DNA of 64,000 bases from a virus. The translations under genes and the position numbers were made by a program. Location: the IMG/VR virus record IMGVR_UViG_3300013308_000002, positions 1 to 64,000 of that record; one strand, 5' to 3'. Every line of letters begins with the position of its first letter. The stretch's first letter is position 1. Below the pieces are notes generated by a model, which was not told the origin of the DNA, made no database searches, and was given only the letters and a program-made list of their open reading frames with translations. Positions 16,584 to 25,660 of this stretch are shown here, one piece after another.

Positions 16584-17269
16584 GCGGAACGCTTAGCCCC
16601 ATCGCAAGGCGATTCCATATTTGGGTTGAACCGTCCCAGGATGTAATCTGGACGGCGGTTGTCTGGTTGCGGACACGCGGCGATGAGCCTCCAGCCAACG
16701 CTCAAGGAGTCCTGAAGCTTATCGGTGCAGGAGTCTTCCAGAAGCAACGTCTCATTATACGACGCGAGCGCCTGGCCTGGCATGTGGACGTCGCACTTCT
16801 GGTTGTAGATGGTCGATCCACCGTCGGTCGCTGGGAACTCGACAGACTCCAGACGCTTCATTACACGCTCCATACGCTCGATAATCCCAGGAAGGGTTTC
16901 GGAAGAAACGACTGCGCCGGACTTGACCGTGATGGTGTCGTCAACTTCCATGATTTCCAGAAGTTGATCGCCGGTGCACGCAAATGTCGGGTTAAGAAAG
17001 CGAGCTGCGCGCTTATATTCGTTTGCTTCGTCGGCGCTCACCTCAACGGCCTGAAGGGTGATTCCGATTCGATCCAACAGAGCAACGCGCTTTTGGACCA
17101 GCTCGCGCCAGCGTTCGATATGGGACTCGTCATCCTCGATTTTCATGTTAGGCGAGCGAGCCGGAGCCGGGGTTTCTTCAGTCGCGGCAGCTTCGATCAG
17201 TCGCGCCTTGATGCGCTCGCCAATGTAATAGTCGCCGATGGTCTTCATAGTTACCAGAAAAATCTTCAT
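16580..17269 (-). CDS. hypothetical protein (229 aa)
   Basis: AAGGAG SD. Confidence 0.6.
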   Translation of the reverse strand: MKIFLVTMKTIGDYYIGERIKARLIEAAATEETPAPARSPNMKIEDDESHIERWRELVQKRVALLDRIGITLQAVEVSADEANEYKRAARFLNPTFACTGDQLLEIMEVDDTITVKSGAVVSSETLPGIIERMERVMKRLESVEFPATDGGSTIYNQKCDVHMPGQALASYNETLLLEDSCTDKLQDSLSVGWRLIAACPQPDNRRPDYILGRFNPNMESPCDGAKRSA

Positions 17270-17449
17270 TCTTGCCTTTCTCCTTTGATCTAGTATTTAA
17301 TTCTGAGGCCGTTTTCGCCTGGATGTGGCATAATTATTGAGGCCGGACGTTGGTTATGCTCTGGCGCGCAATATCGCGCCACCTTTACTGGGCCAGAAAT
17401 GATAGCCGCGATGAGCGCGGATACAACCGCCAGCCAGATGGCATTTTGG

Positions 17450-17824
17450 TTACTCAAGGCAACTCCAGACAACGGCCACTTCCTTATCGATGGCCGAGAA
17501 AATGCCGAACGTTTGACCGGTGCCTTTTGACATGATAGCGCCTTCTTTATTGGTGCTGCGACGAACACCAAACTTGTTCGGTTTCTTTTCGAGAACGCCG
17601 GACACCATGACAAGCTCGAAATCCTCCTTCACGACGGCAAAGACATTTCCATAGTCGATGATGGTGGCGCGCCCGTGCTCGGAGTATTCGCCAATCTCAT
17701 TGGTGTCAAAGTTTACGGATGCCGTCGCTTCCTTGCAACCGTAAACTTTCGCGGCGACCAAGCCGGCCTGAGCGACCATAGGAATGAGCAAAGAAGCGGT
17801 CAATAACAAGATGCGAGTTTTCAA
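17450..17824 (-). CDS. secreted protein with signal peptide (124 aa)
   Basis: TTG start. Product begins MKTRILLLTASLLIPMVAQA. Confidence 0.55.
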   Translation of the reverse strand: MKTRILLLTASLLIPMVAQAGLVAAKVYGCKEATASVNFDTNEIGEYSEHGRATIIDYGNVFAVVKEDFELVMVSGVLEKKPNKFGVRRSTNKEGAIMSKGTGQTFGIFSAIDKEVAVVWSCLE

Positions 17825-17839
17825 ATCAATCCACCGGAG

Positions 17840-18037
17840 TTAGAAATCAAGTTGTTTTTCGTCGGAGCGGCTGACTTCGATGCACTCAACGCGCTTATAG
17901 CTGGAAGAAACCATCTGCCGATCCCACTCGCAATCCGACTTGGATGCGTAAATCTTTTCGGAGATTGGCTCTGCGTGGCAATTATATTCGCCGTAGCAGA
18001 TGATTTGGGCTAGCACATAACCTAGAAAAGCGTTCAT
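17840..18037 (-). CDS. Cys-rich small protein (65 aa)
   Basis: Has its own promoter P10. Confidence 0.45.
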   Translation of the reverse strand: MNAFLGYVLAQIICYGEYNCHAEPISEKIYASKSDCEWDRQMVSSSYKRVECIEVSRSDEKQLDF

Positions 18038-18039
18038 TA

Positions 18040-18100
18040 CGTCACCGTTTCGTTGTTTGTGAGGTGATATTAGGCCAACTCAAACGCACGGTCAAGCTGT
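18040..18100 (-). promoter_or_regulatory. early promoter P10 (TTGACC-17-TAATAT), leader CAAACAACGAAACGG
   Basis: Read on the minus strand. Confidence 0.45.
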
Positions 18101-18436
18101 TTCTGAATAAATCCCTAAAATTTCTTGCGTCATCATCCAGACATACGGCGCTGCGTTGGTTTCGTTGGAGATTCGATACAGGCCTTCGCGCACGATGTTG
18201 ACGTAGCCGCTGCCTTTGTCCGTGCCATCGTCGTACACCACTCGGTCGCCGATGGCGTAGACGTCCTTCTTTACCAGTCGCGGCGACACGTCAGCCTTCA
18301 CGGACACCAGCCACGGCTCAACGACCGTCCCAGGTGGCGCGCCATTTGCGAGTTCGTTGGCGTCAGAGTCCAGATCGAACACGCCAATTATCACTCCGCC
18401 AGAAATGACGATATGCACTATGTTGCCAACTTCGCT
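18092..18436 (-). CDS. hypothetical protein (114 aa)
   Basis: Internal ATG MSEVGN with GAGGAA SD. Confidence 0.55.
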   Translation of the reverse strand, partial: SEVGNIVHIVISGGVIIGVFDLDSDANELANGAPPGTVVEPWLVSVKADVSPRLVKKDVYAIGDRVVYDDGTDKGSGYVNIVREGLYRISNETNAAPYVWMMTQEILGIYSETA

Positions 18437-18592
18437 CATGGTTAGTTCCTCAATAGAAGTTGCGATGATATACCTATCATAAGTTATAGGCAAATAAGTT
18501 AGTTGCATTAACACTATATAATGGCCGATTGCCGTGCAAGTACAACAACACTATACTACATATATCCAGGCCAATTGTTGCGAACTATAAAC

Positions 18593-20860
18593 ATGAAACT
18601 ATTCCAATGGAACTTGTGGGGAAAGAAACCAGAAGTTGAAGATGCCAAAGACGTCCAGACTTTTGCTAAGTCCCATGACCCTTTGGATCCACTAGCCAAA
18701 GCCCATTCAGGCGGCAGCGGTTGGAAAGATGAGCCTACAAACCCATTCGCAGTAACTATCGACCAATATCCGGTATACAACTCCGGCGCGATGGACTCGG
18801 CAGACTCCGGCAATAGCGTAAAGGCAGCGTCGCAGGGTGCACAGGGCTCTTACGCCGTCCCGCCCTCCGTCCAGGAGTGGTACAACTCGCAAGGGTTCAT
18901 CGGATACCAGGCTTGCGCCCTAATCGCCCAGCATTGGCTCGTGGACAAGGCGTGCTCCCAGTCCGGCGAAGACTCCGTGCGTAACGGATGGGAAATCAAG
19001 ACCGACGGCAATGCTTTGAGCGATGAAGAGCTCAGCAAGATCAAAACCCAAGACATCAAGTTCAAGATCAAAGAGAACTTGGTTGAGTTCAACCGATTCA
19101 AGAATATATTCGGCATCCGCGTTGCCATCTTCGAAGTCGAAAGCGACGACCCAAAGTATTACGAGAAGCCATTCAACATCGATGGCGTCACCGAGGGCTC
19201 GTATAAGGGCATGTCTCAGGTCGATCCTTATTGGATGACGCCAATGATGACTTCTGCCTGTACTCAAAACCCGGCAGACAAGCACTTTTACGATCCGGAA
19301 TATTGGGTCATCAGCGGCAAGAAGTATCACCGCAGCCACCTCTGCATCGCTCGTGGGCCGGCTCCGGCAGACATCTTGAAGCCGACGTACATCTTCGGCG
19401 GTATTCCGTTGACGCAGCGCATCTATGAGCGCGTGTATGCCGCTGAGCGTATTGCGAACGAAGCGCCTCTACTTGCGCTCAGCAAACGAACGACGGCCAT
19501 CCACGTCGACGTCGCAAAGGCGATGGCAAACGAAACTTCGTTTGTCGAGAAGTTGCTTTTCTGGGTCAAGTATCGCGACAACCACGCGGTGAAAGTTCTT
19601 GGCAAAGATGAGTCCATGGAGCAGTTCGACACTAACCTGTCAGACTTTGACTCCCTCATCATGAACCAATACCAACTTGTCGCGGCCATCGCCAAAACAC
19701 CGGCCACCAAGATCCTCGGGACTTCGCCTAAAGGGTTCAATGCAACAGGAGAGTTTGAGACAGTCTCTTATCACGAAGAGTTGGAGTCTCTTCATGAGCA
19801 CACTTTCGATCCGATGTTGGAGCGCCATTACTTGCTGACTATGAAGTCGATGGGTCACGAAGTCCAAGTGTCCATCGTTTGGAATCCGGTCGATTCGATC
19901 TCGACTCAAGTCCGCGCAGAACTTAACGCGAAGAAAGCTGCCGCGCATGAAATCTATGTAAATGTAGGCGCGGTATCGCCAGACGAAGTTCGCCAAACCC
20001 TTCGTGATGATTCTACTTCTGGCTATAATCGCCTTTCGGATGAAGAGGCCAACAAAGAGCCAGGTGCGTCGCCAGAGAACTTGGCGGAGTTTGAGAAGGC
20101 CGGAGCCGAAGAAAACCGGACGGCAGCAGCGCAAATCAGCGCTGGATTAACACCACGGCCTGTGACCCACGGCAACCATCCAGCGCCAACCGCTATCACG
20201 CCTCAACCAACGGTCGCGAAACCGGCACCTAGTGTTACAGAGGGCGTATCTGGGCCTTCGATCCAGACCGGAGTCGTCGAAGGACTCAAGGCGTTGATCG
20301 CCAGCTTGAACGAAATGTCAGACAAGCTTCTGCCTAATGGCGTGGACCTGCCAACGCACAACTCGCCTGGAGTCAAACGGACCGTCCAGCCTGGGATTGT
20401 AGGCGACGAGCCAACCACCGTGGGCGCGGGAGCCTTGGTGCCTGCTTCAGACCCAGATAACCTTCCGCGCATCAAAATGCACGATATGGTAGCGGTCATC
20501 GAGAACCATCGCGGCTCTATTCGCCAAGGAAAGAACGGCGATTGGCAGATCAAGATGGCGCACCACTACGGGTTCATCAAAGGGACGGACGGTGCAGACG
20601 GCGACGAGGTTGACTGCTTCATCGGGCCTGACTTGGAATCCAGAAAGGTCTTCGTAGTCAACCAGAAAAAGCAGGATGGGACTTTTGACGAGCACAAAGT
20701 GATGCTCGGATTCCACGGACCTATCGAAGCAAAAGATGCTTACCACGCATCGTACAAAGACGGCTGGACCGGCTTCGGATCTATGCATCCGATGGATGTT
20801 GACGACTTCAAAGCATGGTTGACCTCTGGCGATTGCAACCAGCCTCTGGGTAACATCTGA
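18593..20860 (+). CDS. portal protein with C-terminal family-I inorganic-pyrophosphatase-like domain
   Basis: Lies between terL and the head morphogenesis gene. It is about 756 aa from the ATG at 18593. The C-terminal roughly 130 aa carry YGFI..DGADGDEVDCF, which matches the PPase signature D-[SGDN]-D-[PE]-[LIVMF]-D-[LIVMGAC], plus SYKD. Confidence 0.65.
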   Translation: MKLFQWNLWGKKPEVEDAKDVQTFAKSHDPLDPLAKAHSGGSGWKDEPTNPFAVTIDQYPVYNSGAMDSADSGNSVKAASQGAQGSYAVPPSVQEWYNSQGFIGYQACALIAQHWLVDKACSQSGEDSVRNGWEIKTDGNALSDEELSKIKTQDIKFKIKENLVEFNRFKNIFGIRVAIFEVESDDPKYYEKPFNIDGVTEGSYKGMSQVDPYWMTPMMTSACTQNPADKHFYDPEYWVISGKKYHRSHLCIARGPAPADILKPTYIFGGIPLTQRIYERVYAAERIANEAPLLALSKRTTAIHVDVAKAMANETSFVEKLLFWVKYRDNHAVKVLGKDESMEQFDTNLSDFDSLIMNQYQLVAAIAKTPATKILGTSPKGFNATGEFETVSYHEELESLHEHTFDPMLERHYLLTMKSMGHEVQVSIVWNPVDSISTQVRAELNAKKAAAHEIYVNVGAVSPDEVRQTLRDDSTSGYNRLSDEEANKEPGASPENLAEFEKAGAEENRTAAAQISAGLTPRPVTHGNHPAPTAITPQPTVAKPAPSVTEGVSGPSIQTGVVEGLKALIASLNEMSDKLLPNGVDLPTHNSPGVKRTVQPGIVGDEPTTVGAGALVPASDPDNLPRIKMHDMVAVIENHRGSIRQGKNGDWQIKMAHHYGFIKGTDGADGDEVDCFIGPDLESRKVFVVNQKKQDGTFDEHKVMLGFHGPIEAKDAYHASYKDGWTGFGSMHPMDVDDFKAWLTSGDCNQPLGNI

Positions 20861-21699
20861 TGGCCTTCGTGGCGTCCAAAAAACGTGAACGGCGGGCGCC
20901 AGAGCCGGTGGGAAGGGGCTCGCCTATCATCCCATCGGCAGCGCTAGAGTCTTGGTATAGAAAGCAACTGAATGGCATGGTTGCTTCTATGATCAAAGAG
21001 TATAAGGAGACAATAACAGGCGAGATTAAATCGGAGCAGGGCCAAAGGTTCTATGCCACCGACGCGATATTTGCTGACGCATTCTCTGGAGTCCTCAAAA
21101 GCCTTCAACAAAGATGGGGGCGAATCTTTGAAGGTTTCGCGGCCAAGTTGGCGCCGGAGTATGTAGAGAAGGTCGACGGACAGGCCACATCCGCAACTTT
21201 GAACAGCCTTAGTGTTGCAGGCGTTAAAGCGCCAATAGCAACTTACAACGCAGGCGTCGCGAATACTTTGAAGGCCTCTGTAGAGTACAACCACACTTTG
21301 ATAACCGGACTCGCGGCTGACATCCACGAACAAGTCCACTCTGCAGTCATGCTTTCGCTCACCTCTCCTAATCCAGAAGAGCAGGGCACCAACGGAATTA
21401 AAGCGGCGCTTAAAAAGGCCGGAATCGACTCTGAAAAGCGAGTCGATTTAATCGTCAGGGATCAGACAAGCAAAATATACAGCGCTCTAAGTGACGAGCG
21501 CATGGAACAGAACGGATGCACAGAGTTTGAATGGGCCCACTCTTCGGCCGGGAAAGTGCCGCGCCATACTCACGTTGAGAAGGATGGTCAAATATTCAAG
21601 TTGAATGACCCTAGACTATGGGAGGGCCCAAAGGGGGACCAAGGACCGCCTGGATGGGCGATTAATTGCCGTTGCAGAAAGATCCCGATCTTCAGATAG
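20860..21699 (+). CDS. head morphogenesis protein (SPP1 gp7 / Mu F-like)
   Basis: C-terminal HTHVEKDGQIFKLNDP...PGWAINCRCRKIP is typical of the Phage_Mu_F family. Confidence 0.8.
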   Translation: MAFVASKKRERRAPEPVGRGSPIIPSAALESWYRKQLNGMVASMIKEYKETITGEIKSEQGQRFYATDAIFADAFSGVLKSLQQRWGRIFEGFAAKLAPEYVEKVDGQATSATLNSLSVAGVKAPIATYNAGVANTLKASVEYNHTLITGLAADIHEQVHSAVMLSLTSPNPEEQGTNGIKAALKKAGIDSEKRVDLIVRDQTSKIYSALSDERMEQNGCTEFEWAHSSAGKVPRHTHVEKDGQIFKLNDPRLWEGPKGDQGPPGWAINCRCRKIPIFR

Positions 21700-21719
21700 A
21701 CCACGTGTTGATTGCCGCT

Positions 21720-21908
21720 ATGGAATCAACGAATGCCAAACTAAGTCGAGAAAATCAAATGTACGCAACCGCCAAAAAGTTGCAATTCAGCAATGTCTTT
21801 GAAGGTTTCCTGAAGAAATATGATAGACCGGGATTCTTCAGCATTAGATGGGCCGCAGTTGACGTCGTAGTTATCGCCGCAAGTTTGATCGTCGTTTATG
21901 CAAAGTAA
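21720..21908 (+). CDS. small C-terminally membrane-anchored protein
   Basis: Internal ATG; C-terminus WAAVDVVVIAASLIVVYAK. Confidence 0.35.
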   Translation: MESTNAKLSRENQMYATAKKLQFSNVFEGFLKKYDRPGFFSIRWAAVDVVVIAASLIVVYAK

Positions 21909-21926
21909 CATGGTTTCGGTGTAATT

Positions 21927-22245
21927 TACTTTCCTCCAACCGGCCGCAAGTTGGTTGGAGGAAAGTTGGAGGAAAGTAAGAGCTGCGGATTACGTGGGCT
22001 CTACACTACTTTCCTACTTTCCCAATAAAAATTGCGTTTTTCAAGAGCTATAAGGAAACGTATATATCAATGTACTACTACTGCTTACTCTATATCCTCT
22101 TAAAATTTAAAATAATTAAGGAAAGTAGGAAAGTAGAGTACAAGAACGAGTCAAGCCAGCGGCCTGCTTGACTATTACACCTGTCTGAACTTTCCAAATA
22201 ACTTTCCACGCGGCAATAACATCAGGAAAGTAGGAAAGTACTGTT
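21927..22245. repeat. array of at least 11 GGAAAGT / ACTTTCC heptamers as alternating-orientation doublets, plus a 14-bp-arm palindrome and an AT-rich core
   Basis: ACTTTCCTCCAACC-N11-GGTTGGAGGAAAGT at 21928-21966. Doublets at about 21956-21977, 22007-22023, 22118-22140, 22188-22210 and 22223-22243. AT-rich stretch at 22025-22120. Confidence 0.8.
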
Positions 22246-22382
22246 AATCTCAATGTATGGCCATACTCTGACGTACAGTCACGGCGACACCGAAAGAGTT
22301 TCTGCGACCATTCGAATTAGTTGCCCCTTGTGTAACAGTCGAATATACTCTCCAGCAACTAAGCCAACCGCGAATATGTACG

Positions 22383-23774
22383 ATGCCTACCGCACGCGAA
22401 ATCGATGACAACGGGTTCTTACTTATCAAGGCATGTCCCATCACGTCATTCGGTATCTTTGATTACTCTGCCGGCCAACTTGGCTTGCCGGGTGATCCTA
22501 ATCGCATTGTTAAAGTATTCCGGCCTGAGTCCGCAGTAAATGATCCAGCGGCAATCGAGTCGTTTAAAAACGTCCCGTTGATTAATGATCACGAAATGTT
22601 GTCAGGCTTTCAAGGCGACAAAGATAGTGCTGCTCCGGAAGACTATGGTGTTTCGGGTATCCTTACTTCAAACGTCTATTATGCCAAGCCATGGATGCTT
22701 GGTGATTTGAAAGTGTTCTCTCGTGAGATGCAGGCTCTGCTAAGCAAAGGCAAAAAGGATTTGTCGCTTGGTTACTCCTGTGACTTCGAAGAGAAGCCCG
22801 GTGTTTGGCAAGGCCAAGCTTACGAGATTGTCCAAACCAACATGCGCGGCAACCACATCGCTCTGGTTGATGAAGGTCGCGTGCCGGGCGCAAGGGTATT
22901 GGATGGTTTATGTTTCGACCATCTCAGTTTTGACTTCAAACCATCCGATAAGGAAAACACCATGCCAAAGTCCCGCAAGACTATGGACAAGGCAGCGCGT
23001 GATAGCGCCGTCGAAGAACTGAAAACGCTCGTGCCTGCGTTGGCCAAAGCTCTTGAAGGCTTTCTGGCTGAAGAAGGCGCGGAACCTGAACATCAGGAAG
23101 GCGCAGCACCGGCCGTCGCTGCAAGCGCCGCTCCAGCGGCCGAGAATACCGACTCGCCGGCCGAACCAGCCGCTGCCGCTGCTCCTGCTCCTGAAGCCGG
23201 CGCGGAGCCTGTCGTAACACCACAGGCTGGCAACGAAGCTGGCGGTGATATCCAGGCCCTGATCGCTGCCGCGAAGACCGCCCTGGCCAACCTGGAGGCC
23301 GCAGCATGTCCACCGGGTGCAACCAATGAAGAACTCGCAGCCGACCAAACCGAAGGCTTGCAAGAGCAATCCGCAAACAACGGTGGCGCGGTCGGTACTG
23401 ACGCAGAAGGCCAAGAGCCGGGTAAAATCAACGATAACGAGGGCGGTGAAATGGAAGGCAACCCAGGCAATAAAGCGTCGGATGCTGCGGTTGGTCGTTT
23501 CTACGCTGATCTTGCTGCTAAGACTGGCCTCTACGACCGGCTGTCTAAAGTTGTTGGCGCCTTTTCTCACGGCGGTATGGACGCACGCCAAGTTGCTGTT
23601 TATGGCGTGAAGAAGCTCGGCCTCAAATGCGCTGACGGCATGGAACACGTCGCCGTTGATGCGTACCTCGGCGCTGTCGAAGCTGCCGCAAAACGCACCA
23701 GCACCCAAGTTAGTGCCAAGGCCGCAGACGCTGCCGTTGGTTGCCCAGAAATCGATGCGTACATCAAAGGTTAA
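22383..23774 (+). CDS. scaffolding-like protein (N-terminal DUF2213-like domain, Ala/Pro/Glu-rich low-complexity middle)
   Basis: Immediately upstream of the capsid gene. Contains a long AAPAVAASAAPAAE... low-complexity region. Confidence 0.5.
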   Translation: MPTAREIDDNGFLLIKACPITSFGIFDYSAGQLGLPGDPNRIVKVFRPESAVNDPAAIESFKNVPLINDHEMLSGFQGDKDSAAPEDYGVSGILTSNVYYAKPWMLGDLKVFSREMQALLSKGKKDLSLGYSCDFEEKPGVWQGQAYEIVQTNMRGNHIALVDEGRVPGARVLDGLCFDHLSFDFKPSDKENTMPKSRKTMDKAARDSAVEELKTLVPALAKALEGFLAEEGAEPEHQEGAAPAVAASAAPAAENTDSPAEPAAAAAPAPEAGAEPVVTPQAGNEAGGDIQALIAAAKTALANLEAAACPPGATNEELAADQTEGLQEQSANNGGAVGTDAEGQEPGKINDNEGGEMEGNPGNKASDAAVGRFYADLAAKTGLYDRLSKVVGAFSHGGMDARQVAVYGVKKLGLKCADGMEHVAVDAYLGAVEAAAKRTSTQVSAKAADAAVGCPEIDAYIKG

Positions 23775-23779
23775 TAATC

Positions 23780-24403
23780 ATGACTTTCCAACGCTCCGTC
23801 GCCCGTAACTTTCCGGTCGGTTTCCCAGGTGAAATCGTTCGTGATGGCCCAACCCGCGCCATCGCCGCTCGTGTCGCCACCAGCTCCAAAGCAGGCACCC
23901 CGCGCTTCGTAGGCAACCGCGTCGGCCACGTGTTCGGCTACGTCGGTGAAGTGCCGGTATCTGGCAAAACCCAGGCCGCTCTGGTATCCACCGTCGAAGT
24001 CGGCGGCGCCAACTACGCCGGCATCTTCATCCATCCGAAACACCACGTGCTGCAAGGCACTATCGCTGGCGGTCCGCTCGCAGCATCGCTGGATGTTCCG
24101 GACGCTACCGAAATCGAAGTAGCCAACATGGTTACCGGTCTGGTAGTCCAGATCTACAACCACACCAAGGCAGTCAAGACCATCGTTGCTGGCGACGATC
24201 TGTACTACGTCTCCACCGCGACGACCGACCTTGAAGACGATCTGATCCTGCCTTTGGGCGCTATCATTTCCGTCGCCAAAGGTGGCGCTGCCCCGGCCGG
24301 CTTCACCAAGATCAACGGTCAAGTAATGAACTCCATCTCACTGGTTGCCTCTGCTGTCGGCGCCGTTGTAGCTGGTCTGACCATCATCCAGACCGTTCAA
24401 TAA
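23780..24403 (+). CDS. putative capsid-associated structural protein
   Basis: ATG with AAAGG SD. Lies between the scaffold and major capsid genes. Confidence 0.5.
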   Translation: MTFQRSVARNFPVGFPGEIVRDGPTRAIAARVATSSKAGTPRFVGNRVGHVFGYVGEVPVSGKTQAALVSTVEVGGANYAGIFIHPKHHVLQGTIAGGPLAASLDVPDATEIEVANMVTGLVVQIYNHTKAVKTIVAGDDLYYVSTATTDLEDDLILPLGAIISVAKGGAAPAGFTKINGQVMNSISLVASAVGAVVAGLTIIQTVQ

Positions 24404-24415
24404 GGACTCTGAAAA

Positions 24416-25552
24416 ATGAGCAAGCAAACCAAAACTCTTTCACGGATGTCGGCTCGTAAGGTCCGTCCTCTGGAAATCACCAGCGTTACCGACGCGGCTG
24501 TCAGCGCCCTGGCGAAACTCGGCGTCGTGTTCGATCACGCCACCGTGAACACCCAGTTGCGCGCTCTGGCTGATGCAGGCGCCTTCCGTTCCGGCGTGGC
24601 GAATGACTCCGCGTTCACCGCGCCGGTCACCTCGGCATCCATCCCGACTCCGATCCAGTTCCTGCAAACTTGGCTTCCGGGCTTCGTAAAGGTTCTGACA
24701 GCAGCTCGCAAGATTGACGACATCATCGGCATCAACACCGTTGGTTCGTGGGAAGACCAGGAAATTGTACAAGGTATCGTTGAGCCTGCTGGCGTAGCGA
24801 CCGAGTACGGCGATTTCACCAACATCCCGTTGGCAAGCTGGAACACCAACTTCGAACGCCGCACCATCGTGCGCGCCGAACTTGGCATGGCCGTTGGTCT
24901 GCTGGAAGAAGGTCGCTCTGCGGCCATGCGTCTGAGCTCCGCCGACACCAAGCGCCAACAAGCCGCTGTCGGTCTGGAAATCTTCCGAAACGCAGTCGGC
25001 TTCTACGGCTGGAACTCGGCCGCTGGCAACCGTACGTTCGGTTTCTTGAACGATCCGCAACTGCCAGCGTTCACCACCGCGCCGTCCGGTGGCTGGGCTG
25101 CCTCCGACTTCAAAGGCATCACCGGCGATATCCGTTTCGCGGTCGTCGCTCTGCGCACCCAATCGCAAGACCAGATTGACCCTGAAAAGGTCGACCTGAC
25201 TCTGGCCCTGCCGACCTCGAAAGTCGACTTCCTGTCCGTCACTACCGACTTCGGCATCAGCGTTCGCGACTGGATCACCCAGACCTATCCGAAAATGCGT
25301 ATCGTTTCGGCGCCAGAACTTTCGGGCGCCGACGGCACTTCCGACGTGATGTACCTCTTCGCCGAGGACATCGATTCGTCCATTGACGGTTCGTCTGATA
25401 GTGGCGAGACTTTCGCCCAATTGGTACAGACGAAGTTCCTGACCCTGGGTGTTGAAAAACGCGCCAAGTCGTATGTGGAAGACTACGCTAACGGCACCGC
25501 CGGTACTCTTTGCAAACGTCCATGGGCCGTGGTTCGCTTTACCGCTATCTAA
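24416..25552 (+). CDS. major capsid protein (candidate)
   Basis: 378 aa. Follows the scaffold gene and is followed by the strongest terminator in the window. Confidence 0.65.
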   Translation: MSKQTKTLSRMSARKVRPLEITSVTDAAVSALAKLGVVFDHATVNTQLRALADAGAFRSGVANDSAFTAPVTSASIPTPIQFLQTWLPGFVKVLTAARKIDDIIGINTVGSWEDQEIVQGIVEPAGVATEYGDFTNIPLASWNTNFERRTIVRAELGMAVGLLEEGRSAAMRLSSADTKRQQAAVGLEIFRNAVGFYGWNSAAGNRTFGFLNDPQLPAFTTAPSGGWAASDFKGITGDIRFAVVALRTQSQDQIDPEKVDLTLALPTSKVDFLSVTTDFGISVRDWITQTYPKMRIVSAPELSGADGTSDVMYLFAEDIDSSIDGSSDSGETFAQLVQTKFLTLGVEKRAKSYVEDYANGTAGTLCKRPWAVVRFTAI

Positions 25553-25574
25553 TCCAAGCGGTCTGTACTACAAT

Positions 25575-25603
25575 AAAGGGCGGGCACAACCGCCCTTTAT
25601 TTC
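25575..25603 (+). terminator. rho-independent terminator after the capsid gene
   Basis: Stem GGGCGG-GCACAA-CCGCCC followed by TTTATTT. Confidence 0.7.
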
Positions 25604-25660
25604 ACCCGATGTGATTAGGCTGTAGGGGCTTAATTGCACTAATAACTAGGACTACGAACT

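Noticed and set aside
18521-18592. Upstream in-frame extension of the portal ORF (start at 18521).
   Set aside because: That ATG sits directly on a TATAAT-like box in an AT-rich divergent promoter region. The ATG at 18593 (MKLFQWN) is more plausible, although its SD is weak. Some uncertainty remains.
21927-22245. Checked whether the GGAAAGT repeat array could be a CRISPR array.
   Set aside because: The repeat units are only 7-8 bp and alternate in orientation, and there are no 25-40 bp unique spacers. The array is not CRISPR-like. It was kept as an iteron-type repeat.
22908-23708. Long antisense ORFs (22908..23708, 22981..23376 and 23093..23470) opposite the scaffold gene.
   Set aside because: These are shadow ORFs created by the GC-rich GCN/GAA-repeat Ala/Glu/Pro coding region of the plus-strand gene. 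Their products are Arg/Ser/Pro-rich with no SD context.
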